From: an uncultured Candidatus Rokubacteria bacterium
GTDB taxonomy: Bacteria; Methylomirabilota; Methylomirabilia; Rokubacteriales; CSP1-6
Assembly (NCBI GenBank): GCA_963771355.1
Contig: CAVYTA010000006.1
Coordinates: 2,336,001 to 2,400,000, forward strand
Length of the DNA stretch: 64,000 bases
Direction of reading: 5' to 3'
Below, in pieces: positions 1-10,230 of the stretch. The notes below the pieces were generated by a model. That model ran no database searches, had not been told where the DNA came from, and was given only the letters and a program-made list of their open reading frames with translations. How positions within the stretch are numbered: position 1 is the first letter of the stretch; each line of letters begins with the position of its first letter. A program made the position numbers and the translations under genes.

Positions 1-1983
1 GGCCTCGACGCGGAGGGCGTCGCCCGGCTCGAGCATGGTGGTGGTGCCGGCCTCCTCGATGGCGGCGGGACCCGCGACGGTGTCGCCGGCCCGGAGCCGC
101 TCCCGCTCGACCACGCGATACTCGAGGACGTCGCGGGCCAGGGTGGAGTAGATCTTGCGCGTCTCGAAGGCGGGCCCCCGCCCGCCCGACTTCTCGAGCG
201 TGGGCAGCCGGGGCCGCTCGAGGGGATAGACTACCGCGAGTCGGAGGTTCAGGAGCTGCACCTCCACCTCCGGCGCGGCATAGCCGTAGGCGCGCTGATG
301 GGCGGCATCGAAGCGGGACCGGAGCGAGGCCCAGTCGGCGAGCGTCTCCACCTCCACGGTGACGGTGTGCTCTTGGCCGAGATAGCGGAGGTCGGCGGCC
401 CGATGCCGCGTGGCCGCGCCCACCGCGGGCAGGATGGACTCGATCTCGCGCTCCATCTCGCCGTAGCGGACGTCCGCCCAGGCCGCGTCGGTGCGCTCGA
501 GCGGCTCGAGGACGGTGCGGACGAGGTCGTGGCGGAGGTCGGTGGCGAGCATGCCACAGGCCGAGAAGGTGGAGGGGGAGGGCGGAATGATGACGCGCGG
601 GATGCCCAGCTCGCGGGCGATGGCCACCGCGTGGAGCGGGCCGCCGCCGCCGTAGGCCACCAAGGTGTAGTCGCGCGGATCGAGGCCACGCTCGGTGGTG
701 ATGCTGCGCACCGCGAGGGCCATCTTCACGTCGGCGAGCCGCACCACGCCCGCCGCCGCGGTGTCGCGTGCGAGCCCCAGCGGGAGGCCGAGCTTCTCCT
801 CGATGGCGCGGTTGGCCGCGGCAAGGTCGAGCGGCATGGTGCCGCCGAGGAAGCGGCCGGCGGCGATGCGGCCGAGCACGAGATTGGCGTCCGTCACCGT
901 GGGCTCGTCGCCCCCGCGCGCGTAGCAGACGGCGCCGGGATCGGCGCCCGCGCTCTGCGGTCCCAGGGTGAGCGCCCCTCCCGCGTCGATCCAGGCGATG
1001 GTGCCGCCGCCCGCGCTCACCTCGGTGATGTCGATGACGGGGATGCGCAACGGGTGCCCGTCCACGTGGTACTCGTCCGTAGTCTGGACGAGGCCCTTCT
1101 CGACGATGGCACACTTCGCGGTGGTGCCGCCCATGTCGAAGGAGATGAGCCGGTCCGCCCCCAGCGCCCGCGCCAGGCTCGCGCAGCCGATGGCGCCGGC
1201 GGCCGGACCCGACTCGATGGTGTGCACCGGTCTGGAGGCGGCCGCCTCCAGCGAGCAGGCGCCGCCGTTCGACTGGGTGATGAGGAGTTGACCCCTGAAG
1301 CCACGTCCGGCAAGACCTTGCTCGAAGGCCCCGAGGTAGCGATCCATGATGGGTTGAACATAGGCGTTCACCACGGTGGTGCTGGTTCGCTCGTACTCGC
1401 GCCACTCCTGGGTGATGCGGTGCGAGACGGAGATGGCGGCGGCGGGCAGGACCTCGGCCACCAGCTCGGCGGCGCGCCGCTCGTGCTCGGGGTTGCGGAA
1501 CGAGAAGAGGAAGCAGACCGCCACCGACTCCACGCCCTCGGCGGCCAGTCGCCGGGCGGCTTCGCGGACGGCCGCCTCGTCGAGAGGAACGAGGACCTCC
1601 CCCCGCGCGGTCAGGCGCTCCGGCACCTCGAGACAGCGGCCGCGAGGCACCAGGGGCGTCGGCCGGCGGTACAGCACGTCGTACATGCGGAGGAAGTTGC
1701 CGCGGCCGATCTCCAGCACATCCCGGAAGCCATCGGTGGTGACCAGCCCGGTCCGGGCGCCCTTGCGCTCGAGGAGGGCGTTGATGCCGATGGTTGTCCC
1801 GTGGATGACGAGCCGGCAGTCGGCCAGGCGGACGCCGGCCTGGTCCACGCAGCGGAGGATGCCCTCGAGGAGGTTCTTGGGGGTGGAGAGCGCCTTGGTA
1901 TCGACCATCGCCCCGGTCGCCTCGTCGAGAGCGACCAGGTCAGTGAAGGTGCCGCCGATGTCGATGCCGATTCGGAGAGCCAC
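1..1983 (-). CDS. Hydantoinase/oxoprolinase family protein (N-methylhydantoinase A-like); 3' end runs off the window
   Basis: Translated by hand (absent from the ORF track): GTG start, then ALRIGIDIGGTFTD, HGTTIGINALLERKG, ESGPAAG, FDMGGTTAK, GPQSAGADPG, PTVTDANL, YGGGGPLH. Confidence 0.93.
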   Translation of the reverse strand, partial: MALRIGIDIGGTFTDLVALDEATGAMVDTKALSTPKNLLEGILRCVDQAGVRLADCRLVIHGTTIGINALLERKGARTGLVTTDGFRDVLEIGRGNFLRMYDVLYRRPTPLVPRGRCLEVPERLTARGEVLVPLDEAAVREAARRLAAEGVESVAVCFLFSFRNPEHERRAAELVAEVLPAAAISVSHRITQEWREYERTSTTVVNAYVQPIMDRYLGAFEQGLAGRGFRGQLLITQSNGGACSLEAAASRPVHTIESGPAAGAIGCASLARALGADRLISFDMGGTTAKCAIVEKGLVQTTDEYHVDGHPLRIPVIDITEVSAGGGTIAWIDAGGALTLGPQSAGADPGAVCYARGGDEPTVTDANLVLGRIAAGRFLGGTMPLDLAAANRAIEEKLGLPLGLARDTAAAGVVRLADVKMALAVRSITTERGLDPRDYTLVAYGGGGPLHAVAIARELGIPRVIIPPSPSTFSACGMLATDLRHDLVRTVLEPLERTDAAWADVRYGEMEREIESILPAVGAATRHRAADLRYLGQEHTVTVEVETLADWASLRSRFDAAHQRAYGYAAPEVEVQLLNLRLAVVYPLERPRLPTLEKSGGRGPAFETRKIYSTLARDVLEYRVVERERLRAGDTVAGPAAIEEAGTTTMLEPGDALRVEA

Positions 1984-2106
1984 TTTCCGCGGAGTATAGG
2001 GCGCGCGGGGAGACGCCGCAAGCGCGTCAGGGTGGCGTGGGTGCGCGCGCGATTGTGACGCGGGGGCTCGCGGGGAGCTGATCGGGCGCCGCGCCGGATC
2101 GGGCCT

Positions 2107-2379
2107 TCACGCCGGCCCACGCCCTCTGAGGGGCAACCGCGGCACCGGGATCGGCTCGCCGCGCTCCACGCGCCGGGCGAGCAAGGCCTCGCGCTCTTGC
2201 TCCAGCCGCTCGATGGCCTCCACCGCCGACTCCGCCTCCGCCGCGCAGCCCGGCAACTCGGGGTATGTGGCGCGACGCCACCAGAGGCCCCCCCGCTCGA
2301 CGGTCTCGACCACGAGGAGATAGGGAATTTTCTTGTAGTAGGCGAGGTCGGCGGGACGCGGGTCGGACCCCTCCATCAA
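2107..2379 (-). CDS. HicB-like (N-terminal domain only) small protein
   Basis: ATYPELPGCAAEAESAVEAIERLE...GEPIPVP matches the HicB core; no C-terminal DNA-binding domain; lies 36 bp downstream of the Rieske gene on the same strand. Confidence 0.7.
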   Translation of the reverse strand: MMEGSDPRPADLAYYKKIPYLLVVETVERGGLWWRRATYPELPGCAAEAESAVEAIERLEQEREALLARRVERGEPIPVPRLPLRGRGPA

Positions 2380-2415
2380 GCGCCGGCGGCCTCCGTCAAG
2401 CGGCGGCGGCCTCTA

Positions 2416-3720
2416 TCAGACAAACGGCACCCACGCGATCGGGACGCCCGCGTCGGACTGCCGCGCCTTCTCGGTGGCGGCAAGCCAGCTCTCGCCCTCG
2501 GGCAGGATCACGGAGGCTGGCCGCACGCGGTAGAGAGAGGCGTCGTCCACGTTGGCGGGCACGGCGCCGTGGTCGCGGAACGCCTTGGCCGCCTCGAGGA
2601 GAAGGCGCCGCGCGAAGATGACCATGGCGTCGGTGGTGCCGAGATGCTCCTGGGTGCGGTCGTAGATCGGACCCATCGTCTCGGTCATCGCGCGGTCTTG
2701 AAGGTTGCCGAGGAACGGGATGCCGAGGTTGAGCTCGGTGCGCTGCAGCTCGTGGTCCAGCAGGTAGTCGTTGTGGAGGTTCGCCTTGGTGTAGAAGCGC
2801 CGGCGCGGGTCGCTGCCGCTGTCCACATAGCCGCCCCATGTACGGAAGGGATCGCGCATCTGCCGGCGCTCCTCCTCCGTCACCGGTCGGTCGAGGCGGC
2901 CGCGCATCACGAACTGGAGATTCCGCTGGTCGTCCAGCGGCACCCAGGCGCGCGCCGAGACCACGTGGGGATCGCTGGCCGCGATCATCGTGAAGAAGGG
3001 CAGGATGAACTGGGTGATGCGATGCCAGTAGAGTCCGTCGGTGTCGCCGCGCCGGCGCGCCGAGTAGCAGGCCCCGTAGTCCGTGCCAAGCACCTCGAGG
3101 CGAGGCCGCTTGTCCCGGTGGAAGGTGCCGCGCTGCGGGCTATCCGCGCGAAGCTTGCCATGCACCCAGTCGATGTGGGCCGAGTCGATGTCGCCCTCGA
3201 GGGCCTGCATCCAGTTGCATTCTTCCAGCATCATCAGCGGCGGGTAGACCTGCTCGGCGGGCAGCGTGTTGATCTCGAACGTCGGGAACGGGGGCGCCGC
3301 CTGGCGCGGCCCCATGTACGTCCAGATCACGCCGTTGACGTCGAGGCACGGATACGCGCGGGCGCGCACCTTGTCCTTGAAGGTGCTGTCCTCCGGCTCG
3401 CTCGGCATGTCCACGCAGCGCCCGCTCACGTCCCACTTCCACCCGTGGTACGCGCAGCGAAGCCCGCACTCCTCGTTGCGCCCGAAGAAGAGCGAGGCGC
3501 CGCGGTGCGGGCAGTTGGCGGCGAGGAGGCCGACCTCGCCCCGCGTGTCGCGGAAGGCCACGAGGTCCTCGCCCATCAGCCGGACCTTCTTGGGCGGACC
3601 GTCGGGCGCTGGCAGTTCGGTGGCGGGCAGCGCGGGCATCCAGTACTGCCGCAGCAGGTCGCCCATCGGGGTGCCGCGGCCCACCCGGCAGAGGAGGTCG
3701 TTGTCCTCTTTCGAGAGCAT
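2416..3720 (-). CDS. Rieske non-heme iron oxygenase alpha subunit (phthalate 4,5-dioxygenase/LigXa-like)
   Basis: MLSKEDNDLLCRVGRGTPMG start with GGAG RBS; Rieske motifs CPHRG and CAYHGW; mononuclear Fe motif NWMQALEGDIDSAHIDWVH; QDRAMTE. Confidence 0.93.
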   Translation of the reverse strand: MLSKEDNDLLCRVGRGTPMGDLLRQYWMPALPATELPAPDGPPKKVRLMGEDLVAFRDTRGEVGLLAANCPHRGASLFFGRNEECGLRCAYHGWKWDVSGRCVDMPSEPEDSTFKDKVRARAYPCLDVNGVIWTYMGPRQAAPPFPTFEINTLPAEQVYPPLMMLEECNWMQALEGDIDSAHIDWVHGKLRADSPQRGTFHRDKRPRLEVLGTDYGACYSARRRGDTDGLYWHRITQFILPFFTMIAASDPHVVSARAWVPLDDQRNLQFVMRGRLDRPVTEEERRQMRDPFRTWGGYVDSGSDPRRRFYTKANLHNDYLLDHELQRTELNLGIPFLGNLQDRAMTETMGPIYDRTQEHLGTTDAMVIFARRLLLEAAKAFRDHGAVPANVDDASLYRVRPASVILPEGESWLAATEKARQSDAGVPIAWVPFV

Positions 3721-3731
3721 GGTGTCTCCCT

Positions 3732-4694
3732 TCAGTCCCACACGGCGAAGGCCATCCCGCAGCCGGTGCCGGCCTCGGAGCGATAGCACGGCACGTAGTC
3801 CAGCAGGCGCATCGAGAGCCCCTCGAGGGCGCCCGCGGCCGCGATCCAGTTGCGGATCTCGGAGTTGCCGGAGTTCAGCCGGTCCAGGGGCAGGGCGGCC
3901 ACCGCGTCCGCGTCCCGCTTCGCGAGGATGTCGAGCACGTGGCGATCCAGCGCTTCGTCCACAACGAAGTGGCTGAGGCCGCCCGAGCCGAGGACACCCA
4001 CGCGCTGCGCCTCCGGCCAGGCCTCGATGGCCCCGCGCAGGGCGCGGCCAAGCTGATAGCAGCGCCTCGGCGTGGGCTGATTGGGTGGGTAGTAGGTGTT
4101 CAGAAGTACCGGCACGATCGGCACGACCTTGTCGCCCATCAATCGCTGATGCACGAAGCTCCACGCGTGGCCGAAGGGCGCGTGCCTCGGCTGCACCCGG
4201 ATGTGGGCGACGTCGAAGCCATGCTCGCGCGTGAGGGACTCGATGAGGTGACGGCCCAGCGCCGCGCTCACGGGGAAGGCGCGGTTCGCGCCGTCGCCGT
4301 AGTAGCCCCAGTAGCCCAGGCGTAGCGACGGCGCCATGCGCTCCACCGGCGGCGGCAGGCTTTCCACCGAATCGCCCCAGTAGATGCAGAGCGCGGGCTG
4401 GCTGTCGACGCTGAACCACTCGCCCTGGTCGTCGCCGATGATCACCAGCGCATCGAGGGCGGCCTCCGCGAGCACGGCGCTGAGGGCGGCGAGCGCGGCC
4501 TGATTGGCCGCGTGGCGCGCGGCGGTCACGCTGGGCGCGAGCTCGGGGGCGACCCGCACGGCGTTGTCCCGCGCGAGCGCCGCGAAGTCCGGCACCCGCG
4601 CCTGGTCGCGCTCGCGATGCCCCGCGAAGGCTTCGTGGGGCGTGCTGAGCATGGGGCTGTGCGAGGTGCCGATGCCGAGGACGATATCCGCCAT
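3732..4694 (-). CDS. Class III (LigB-family) extradiol ring-cleavage dioxygenase, LigZ-like
   Basis: MADIVLGIGTSHSPML, GDDQ, GHAWSFV, NTYYPPNQPTPRRCY, SGGLSHFVVDE, DYVPCYRSEAGTGCGMAF; closely follows the LigZ pattern as recalled. Confidence 0.88.
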   Translation of the reverse strand: MADIVLGIGTSHSPMLSTPHEAFAGHRERDQARVPDFAALARDNAVRVAPELAPSVTAARHAANQAALAALSAVLAEAALDALVIIGDDQGEWFSVDSQPALCIYWGDSVESLPPPVERMAPSLRLGYWGYYGDGANRAFPVSAALGRHLIESLTREHGFDVAHIRVQPRHAPFGHAWSFVHQRLMGDKVVPIVPVLLNTYYPPNQPTPRRCYQLGRALRGAIEAWPEAQRVGVLGSGGLSHFVVDEALDRHVLDILAKRDADAVAALPLDRLNSGNSEIRNWIAAAGALEGLSMRLLDYVPCYRSEAGTGCGMAFAVWD

Positions 4695-4797
4695 TGCCGC
4701 CTCCGCCCGTCCGGGTGGCCCGATGCTAGCACATCGGCTGTCGGGCGCGCGGTACCCCCGCCTTGCTCCGCGTGGCCGGTCAGAGTAGAAACGGGGA

Positions 4798-7123
4798 ATG
4801 CATCGCGAGGGATCGTCGCTCCGGCTGGGCGGAGATGGGCCCGATGTGACACTCACGGTGGTGTCGCCGCGCATCGTCCGGGTGAGGCTCGAGACCGATG
4901 GCGCGGCGACGACGCCGTCCTACGTCGCCGCGCGCGAGGGGGCCGACGCACCGTTCGACGTGGTGCCGGGCGAGCCCGCTCGCCTGGTGACGCCGCATAT
5001 GCAGATCGAGATCTCGACGCGGCCGCTCCGGCTCGCCTTGCTCGACGCGCGCGGGGAGTGGGTGCTCCGGGAGCCGCCCGACGGCGGCATGGCCGAGACC
5101 GTGGACGCGAGCGGCCGGCGCCGTGTGCGCGTCAGCTTCACGTTTTCCGGCGAGCAGCATTTCTACGGGCTGGGACAGGGGGGCGGCGAGCTCGACCGCC
5201 TCGGCGTGACCCGCCAGCTCTGGAACAGCCACCTGGGCCACGGGCCCGGCTCGGACATGGGCGTCCCGCTCCTCGTCTCCACGCGCGGCTACGCGCTGTT
5301 CTTCGACAATCCCGGCGACGCGACCCTCGCGGTCGGACGCTCGGACAACGGGGTACGTATCGCGTACACCGCGGAGGCAGGTGCGCTCACCTGGTACGTC
5401 GTCATGGGGGACGACATCCGTGGGGTGATGCGGGAGATCGCGGACTTGCTCGGGCGCCCGACGCTGCCGCCGCGCTGGGCGCTGGGCTTCCTCCAGTCGA
5501 CCCGCCATTTCGACGACACCGCCGAACTGCGCCAGCTTCCTCGGACCATTCGCGAGAAGCGCATCCCGTGCGACGCCCTCATATATCTCTCGAGCTACGG
5601 CGAGGCGCTCGGCTGGAACCGCGGCGTGGGCCACCTCGAGTTCCAGCCCGCGCTCTGGAAGGATCCCGCCGCGCTGCTCGGCGAGGCGCGCGCGCAGCAC
5701 TTCGAGGTCATCACCCACGAGTACCCGGTGCTGCACGAGGAGTCCCCCATCTTCGCCGAGGCGGAATCGCGCGGCTATCTCGTGGACGCGGGCTACGAGC
5801 GCGGCGGCGGGGCCGGCGCCAACTATCGCGAGGGCCAGCGCTACCTCGACTTCTCCGACCCAGCGGTCGGCGCCTGGTGGTGGGCGGCGCATCCGAGCTG
5901 GTCGGGCTCGGCGTGGCGGGCTGGTGGCTGGACGGCGGCGAGGGCCCGCCCGCGGCGGCGACCCTGCGCGCCGGCGACGGCACGCCTCCTCCACAACATC
6001 TACGATCGCTTCCGCCACGAGGCGTTCGCCGCCGGCGAGGCGGCTGACCGGCCGCAGCAGCGGGTCTTCCTGCTCTGCCGCTCGGGCGCCGCCGGCATGC
6101 AGCGCTTCGGCGCGACGATCTGGACCGGTGACGTCAACAACGACTTCCGGACGCTGGAGGCGCAGATCCCCCTGGGGCTCAACACCGGCATGTCCGGGGT
6201 GCCGTACTGGGGCACTGACGTGGGTGGGTTCTTTCACTCCGTGCCTGCGACCGGCGAGCTCTACGCGCGCTGGTTCCAGCTCGGCGCCTTTAGCCCGATC
6301 TTCCGCTCGCACGGCTGGGTGTGGCGCGAGCACGTGCCATGGGCCCACGGCCCGCGCGTCGAGGCATCTGCCGTGCCTATGCGGAGCTGCGATACCGCCT
6401 GCTGCCATACACGTACACGCTGGCGTGGCAGGCCCACGAGGACGGCCTACCCCTCATGCGTCCGCTCGTTCTGAACTACCCGGACGACCCGCGCGTGTGG
6501 ACGCTCGGGCACAGTTCCTCTGGGGCGACGATCTGCTCGTGGCCCCGGTGACCCGTGAAGGCGCGACGACGTGGGCAGTCTATCTCCCGGCCGGCGTCTG
6601 GTACGACTTCTGGACGGGCGCGCGTCACGCGGGCCCCGGCGGCATCACGGTGGAGGCGCCGCTCGAGCGGCTCCCGCTCTTCGTCCGGGCCGGCGCCATC
6701 ATTCCCATGGGGCCCGTGATGCAGCATTCCGGCGAGCGTCCGCTGGACGAGCTGACGCTACGCGATCATCCCGAGGGGACGATCGCGCTTCGACGCTCTA
6801 CGAGGACGACGGCCGCACCCAGGGCTACCGCGAGGGGCGATACGCGCGGATCCGCTTCGAGTGCGTAGCCGCGCCGGACGGCGTAACGGTGCGCATCGGC
6901 GCCGCCACCGGCGACGCGACCGTGGTGCCGGCGCGGCGCCGCTATCACCTGGAGATGGGCGGGCCGGCGCCGCGCGCGGTCATGGTCGACGGCCACGGCG
7001 AGCTGCCGCGGCGCGAGGGGCCGGAGGCGACGGGCGCGGGCTGGTGGGTGGACCCCCGCGGCTTCACCGGCGTCCGCCTCCCCGACCAGCCCGCTCCCCT
7101 GACGGTGACGGCTCAGGACTTGA
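4798..7123 (+). CDS. Glycoside hydrolase family 31 (alpha-glucosidase/xylosidase-like), several frameshifts
   Basis: [31 protein letters not shown] (shifted frame), [46 protein letters not shown]. Frame changes near 5890, 5985, 6365, 6515, 6790; the 3' end is approximate. Confidence 0.88.
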
Positions 7124-9193
7124 AGTACCAGGTCTCCGTGTGTGCGACGTGGGGGTTGTCGCTCACCGCGCTGTTCCAGAGCCGCTCGGGGATATTGCCC
7201 ATGTTGGTCTTGATGACGCGCACCCCTTGCGAGGCGGGTGAGTTCGAGACCACCGGAATCATCCACAACTCGTCGAGGGCGATCTTCCACACGTCCTTCG
7301 CCATCTCGACGCGCTCGGCGTCCTTCACGCTGAGGGACTTCCGGTACTTGTCCATCAGCTCCCGCATCCGCGGCGGCGGGGTCTTGCCCTTGGCCCCGGC
7401 CGAGGAGTACCAGACGCCGTAGAGCGGGCCCAGGGGAACCCCCAGCTCGGCGGGAAAGATCGACGGGGCTGTGCCCGTAGATGTTGTCGGCGCCCCACTG
7501 GGTCTCGAAGTAGATCTGATGCTCATTGCTCTGCATCCGCGCCGTCGCCGCCCCGCGCTCCAGCTCCTGGACTTCGCCGCGGATGCCGATGCGCTTCCAG
7601 TGCTCCACCACCATCTCGGCGATCTGACTGAAGGGGAGGAAGCCCACGTAGGTGGTGAGGGACAGGCGTAGCCGGCCCCCGCCGTCCAGACGCAGGCGAT
7701 AGCCTTCGCGCATCTTTCTTGGTGAGCCCGAGCTTGTCGAGCATCTCGTTGGCCTTCTTGACGTCGAGACCGGTGTGCAGGGTCTTCCACTCCGGGCCGG
7801 GGAAGTAGAGCGTCCGCTCGCCGGGCGCTGCCGAGCCGGTCTGGCCGAGCCCCAGGAGGAAGGTCTCGTTGATCTGCGCGCGGTCGATGCCGTGGGACAG
7901 CGCGATCCGGAACTCACGGGTGCTGAGCCACTTGGCGATCTCGGCGTCCCGCTCGTAGGACTGGTTGCAGAAGAGGCCAACGTCGGCGCCCTGGTCGGAG
8001 GGATCGAGATACACGCGGTAGCCGCCCTTCTGCTGGTTCTCCAGCAGGACGGGGAGCTTGCCGATGTCGATATGGCGCGCCTGGGAATCGTACTCGCCGG
8101 CGATGGCGCGCAGGTTGATGACCTCCAGGCTCTCGCCCAGCGTCATGCGGATCCGGTCGATGTACGGGAGCTGGTTCCCGTCGGTGTCCACCCAGACGCT
8201 GTAGGGATTCCGCTCGAGCACCCAGCTGGGGGTGGTGATGGGCGAGGTGGTCTTCCACGGCGTGACCACCGGGAGATCCGCGTTCCGGCAGGCATCGTTG
8301 CGGTTCTTGAACAGCGTGACCCAGCTGTCCACGCTCACCTCGGTCGCCTTCTTGTTGAGCTCGTCCTGGGACGTGTACTTCGGGAGGAACTGCTTGAGGT
8401 AGTGGGCCGGGGCGAAGCCGCCCAGCGCCGAGCGCCCGAAGCGGGCGTGGTGTCCGATGCCCCAAACGGAGGCGAGCACGATGGGCAGCGCGTAGTACGG
8501 CTCGGCCGAGACGAAGCGGACGGTGCTCGAGTCCGCTTTTTCCATCACCAGGGGCTTACCCTCCACCATCATCACGGACAAGGGCGTGGGCACCAGATCC
8601 TTGTTCAGGTACACGTCCTGGTACCAGAAGATGAAGTCGTCCGCGGTGAAGGGCTGGCCGTCGCTCCACCGCATGCCCCGGCGCAGGAGCAAGGTGGTGA
8701 CTTTGCCGTCCGGGCTCACCTCCCAGCCGCGCGCGATGTTGGGGACAAGCTTGGTGCCGGTGTAGTCGTAGTAGAGGAGCTTGTCGTTCTGGGCCACGCG
8801 GTGGCCGTTGGAGGTGTCGAAGGGGCCGGTGAAGCCCCGGCGCCAGGTGCCCCCGTACTTGCCGATTTCGCGCAGCGGCTTGACCACGAGCGGATCCTGC
8901 CCGATGCGCTGCTGCACGGGCGGCAGCTTGCCCGCCTTGACCAGCTCGGCGAGCTGCGGGGCTTCCTTGAAGGTCTTCGGAAAGCGCGCGGGGTCGGTGA
9001 TGACCTCGGGTCCCTCGAGCTTGCCGATGAGGTTGGCGCCCAACTTCATCGGCGTCTGCGCCTCGCCCGGGGAGCCGAAGGCGAGAGTGCCCTGCGCCGC
9101 CGCCGTGAGGAGACCGAGCCGCAGCAGATCCCGCCGCGTCAGGCTCAGGGCCTCGTCCTCGGGCGCTCGCTCCACTTCGTCATGGTCGCTCAT
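7113..9193 (-). CDS. ABC transporter substrate-binding protein, family 5, Tat signal; frameshifted near 7710 and 7460
   Basis: GAGGAGG RBS; TRRDLL twin-arginine signal; EAPQLAELVKAGKLPPVQQR, GKYGGTWRR, LRRGMRWSDGQPFTADD, ERNPY...DGNQLPYIDR; C-terminus TETWYFKS. Confidence 0.9.
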
Positions 9194-9222
9194 GACTGAC
9201 CTCCTCGTCGGGGTTGGAGTAT

Positions 9223-9320
9223 CCCGCGGTGAGCCTAGGTTCCGGAACGCAAGCCTCCCTACTCGATCAACCCTACCCGACCCCGACCTCCGCGGCCAGC
9301 GTCTCGGACGTATCTGCCGC
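9223..9320. repeat. Copy A of the Ldh_2 gene 3' end plus downstream flank (degenerate direct repeat of 21502-21613)
   Basis: cccgcggt..ctaggttccggaacg..caagcctccctactc.atc.accc.taccc..ccccga.ctc.gcggccagcgtctcg aligns with 21502-21605; minus strand encodes ETLAAEVGVG*. Confidence 0.85.
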
Positions 9321-9373
9321 GCGACGTCGCCGAGAGGATCGCCTACAAGAACGCGGAGCGGCTCTTCCCCTAG
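9311..9373 (+). pseudogene. Orphan 3' fragment of an amidohydrolase-family gene
   Basis: Reads YLPRDVAERIAYKNAERLFP*, a typical amidohydrolase C-terminus, with no upstream coding region. Confidence 0.55.
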
Positions 9374-9532
9374 ATTCCGCCGCACGCGGGCCCAGTGACT
9401 CGCCACGCGCCTCGCCCCTGTGTATCCTGTTCGAAGACCATCCCGCCGAAAGGGATACGATACGTGAACCGGGGCGCGGCCCTGCAATCCGAGAGTCACG
9501 CGGGACCCCGCCAGCTACCTTAGGAGAGCGCC

Positions 9533-9909
9533 ATGGGATTCTTCAGCGATATCTTGAGCAAACTGGGCATCGGCAGCGCGTCCGCGGCGGCCGGCGCACA
9601 ACCGACCCGCCTCCAGCCACTTGCGGCGCCGGCGCCGTGCGTCCGACGGACCGATGTCGTCGCGCAATTCGGAGCGCGCGCCGATCCACAGAAGTTCACT
9701 GAACGGACGTCCATCGTCGACCATGCTGGAGCTCCTCGAGATCGAGAGCAGCTCCGCGGCGCGCAAGGCACAGCGCTACCGAGCTGGCCTGCCACGGGCG
9801 GAGCTGATGAACATTCGGCGACTGGATGAACATGTGGCTGCACAAGACCGTCCTGGCGACGCAAAGCGCCGCCAATGGCGGCAATGTTCCCCGGGAGCTG
9901 CTCGACTAG
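9533..9909 (+). pseudogene. DUF3597-family gene, degraded
   Basis: AGGAG RBS; MGFFSDILSKLG; pieces DVVAQ, RTSIVDMLELLEIESS, AARK..ATEL, MNMWLHKTVL, ANGGNVPRELLD* spread over several frames. Confidence 0.75.
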
Positions 9910-9924
9910 CCGCCGCCTCGCCGT

Positions 9925-9974
9925 CCTATCCCACCCCGACCTCCGCGGCCAGCGTCAAGAGCTGCCGCCGGGTC
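9925..9974. repeat. Copy B of the Ldh_2 gene 3' end
   Basis: cctatcccaccccgacctccgcggccagcgtcaagagctgccgccgggtc; minus strand reads TRRQLLTLAAEVGVG* versus TWRQIETLAAELGAG* in the intact gene; shares ccccgacctccgcggccagcgtc exactly with copy A. Confidence 0.8.
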
Positions 9975-10230
9975 CACGTCGGGGAAGCCGCCGCCCCAGC
10001 TCCTGTCTGACGAGCTGGACGGCGTTCGTCGAGCTTTCCGGCGCGCAGTGAGATGTGAAGCAGCGGCATCGGGGATCCTTTCCGTTCTGGCCTGGCCAAA
10101 CATTAATGCCGCTAGACTATTCTGGCAAGCTATGGAAAATTCGGGGCGTCCCCTCTCGGAGCCGCCCCGCCCTTGCGAACGGAGTGTCCACAAACTAAGC
10201 TGAGACAGCGCTCTGTTGAGGAGGCCGGCG

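Noticed and set aside
7113..7422. 300-bp antisense overlap of the GH31 C-terminus with the SBP gene
   Set aside because: A single indel near 7110 would end GH31 at the TGA near 7123; likely an artefact.
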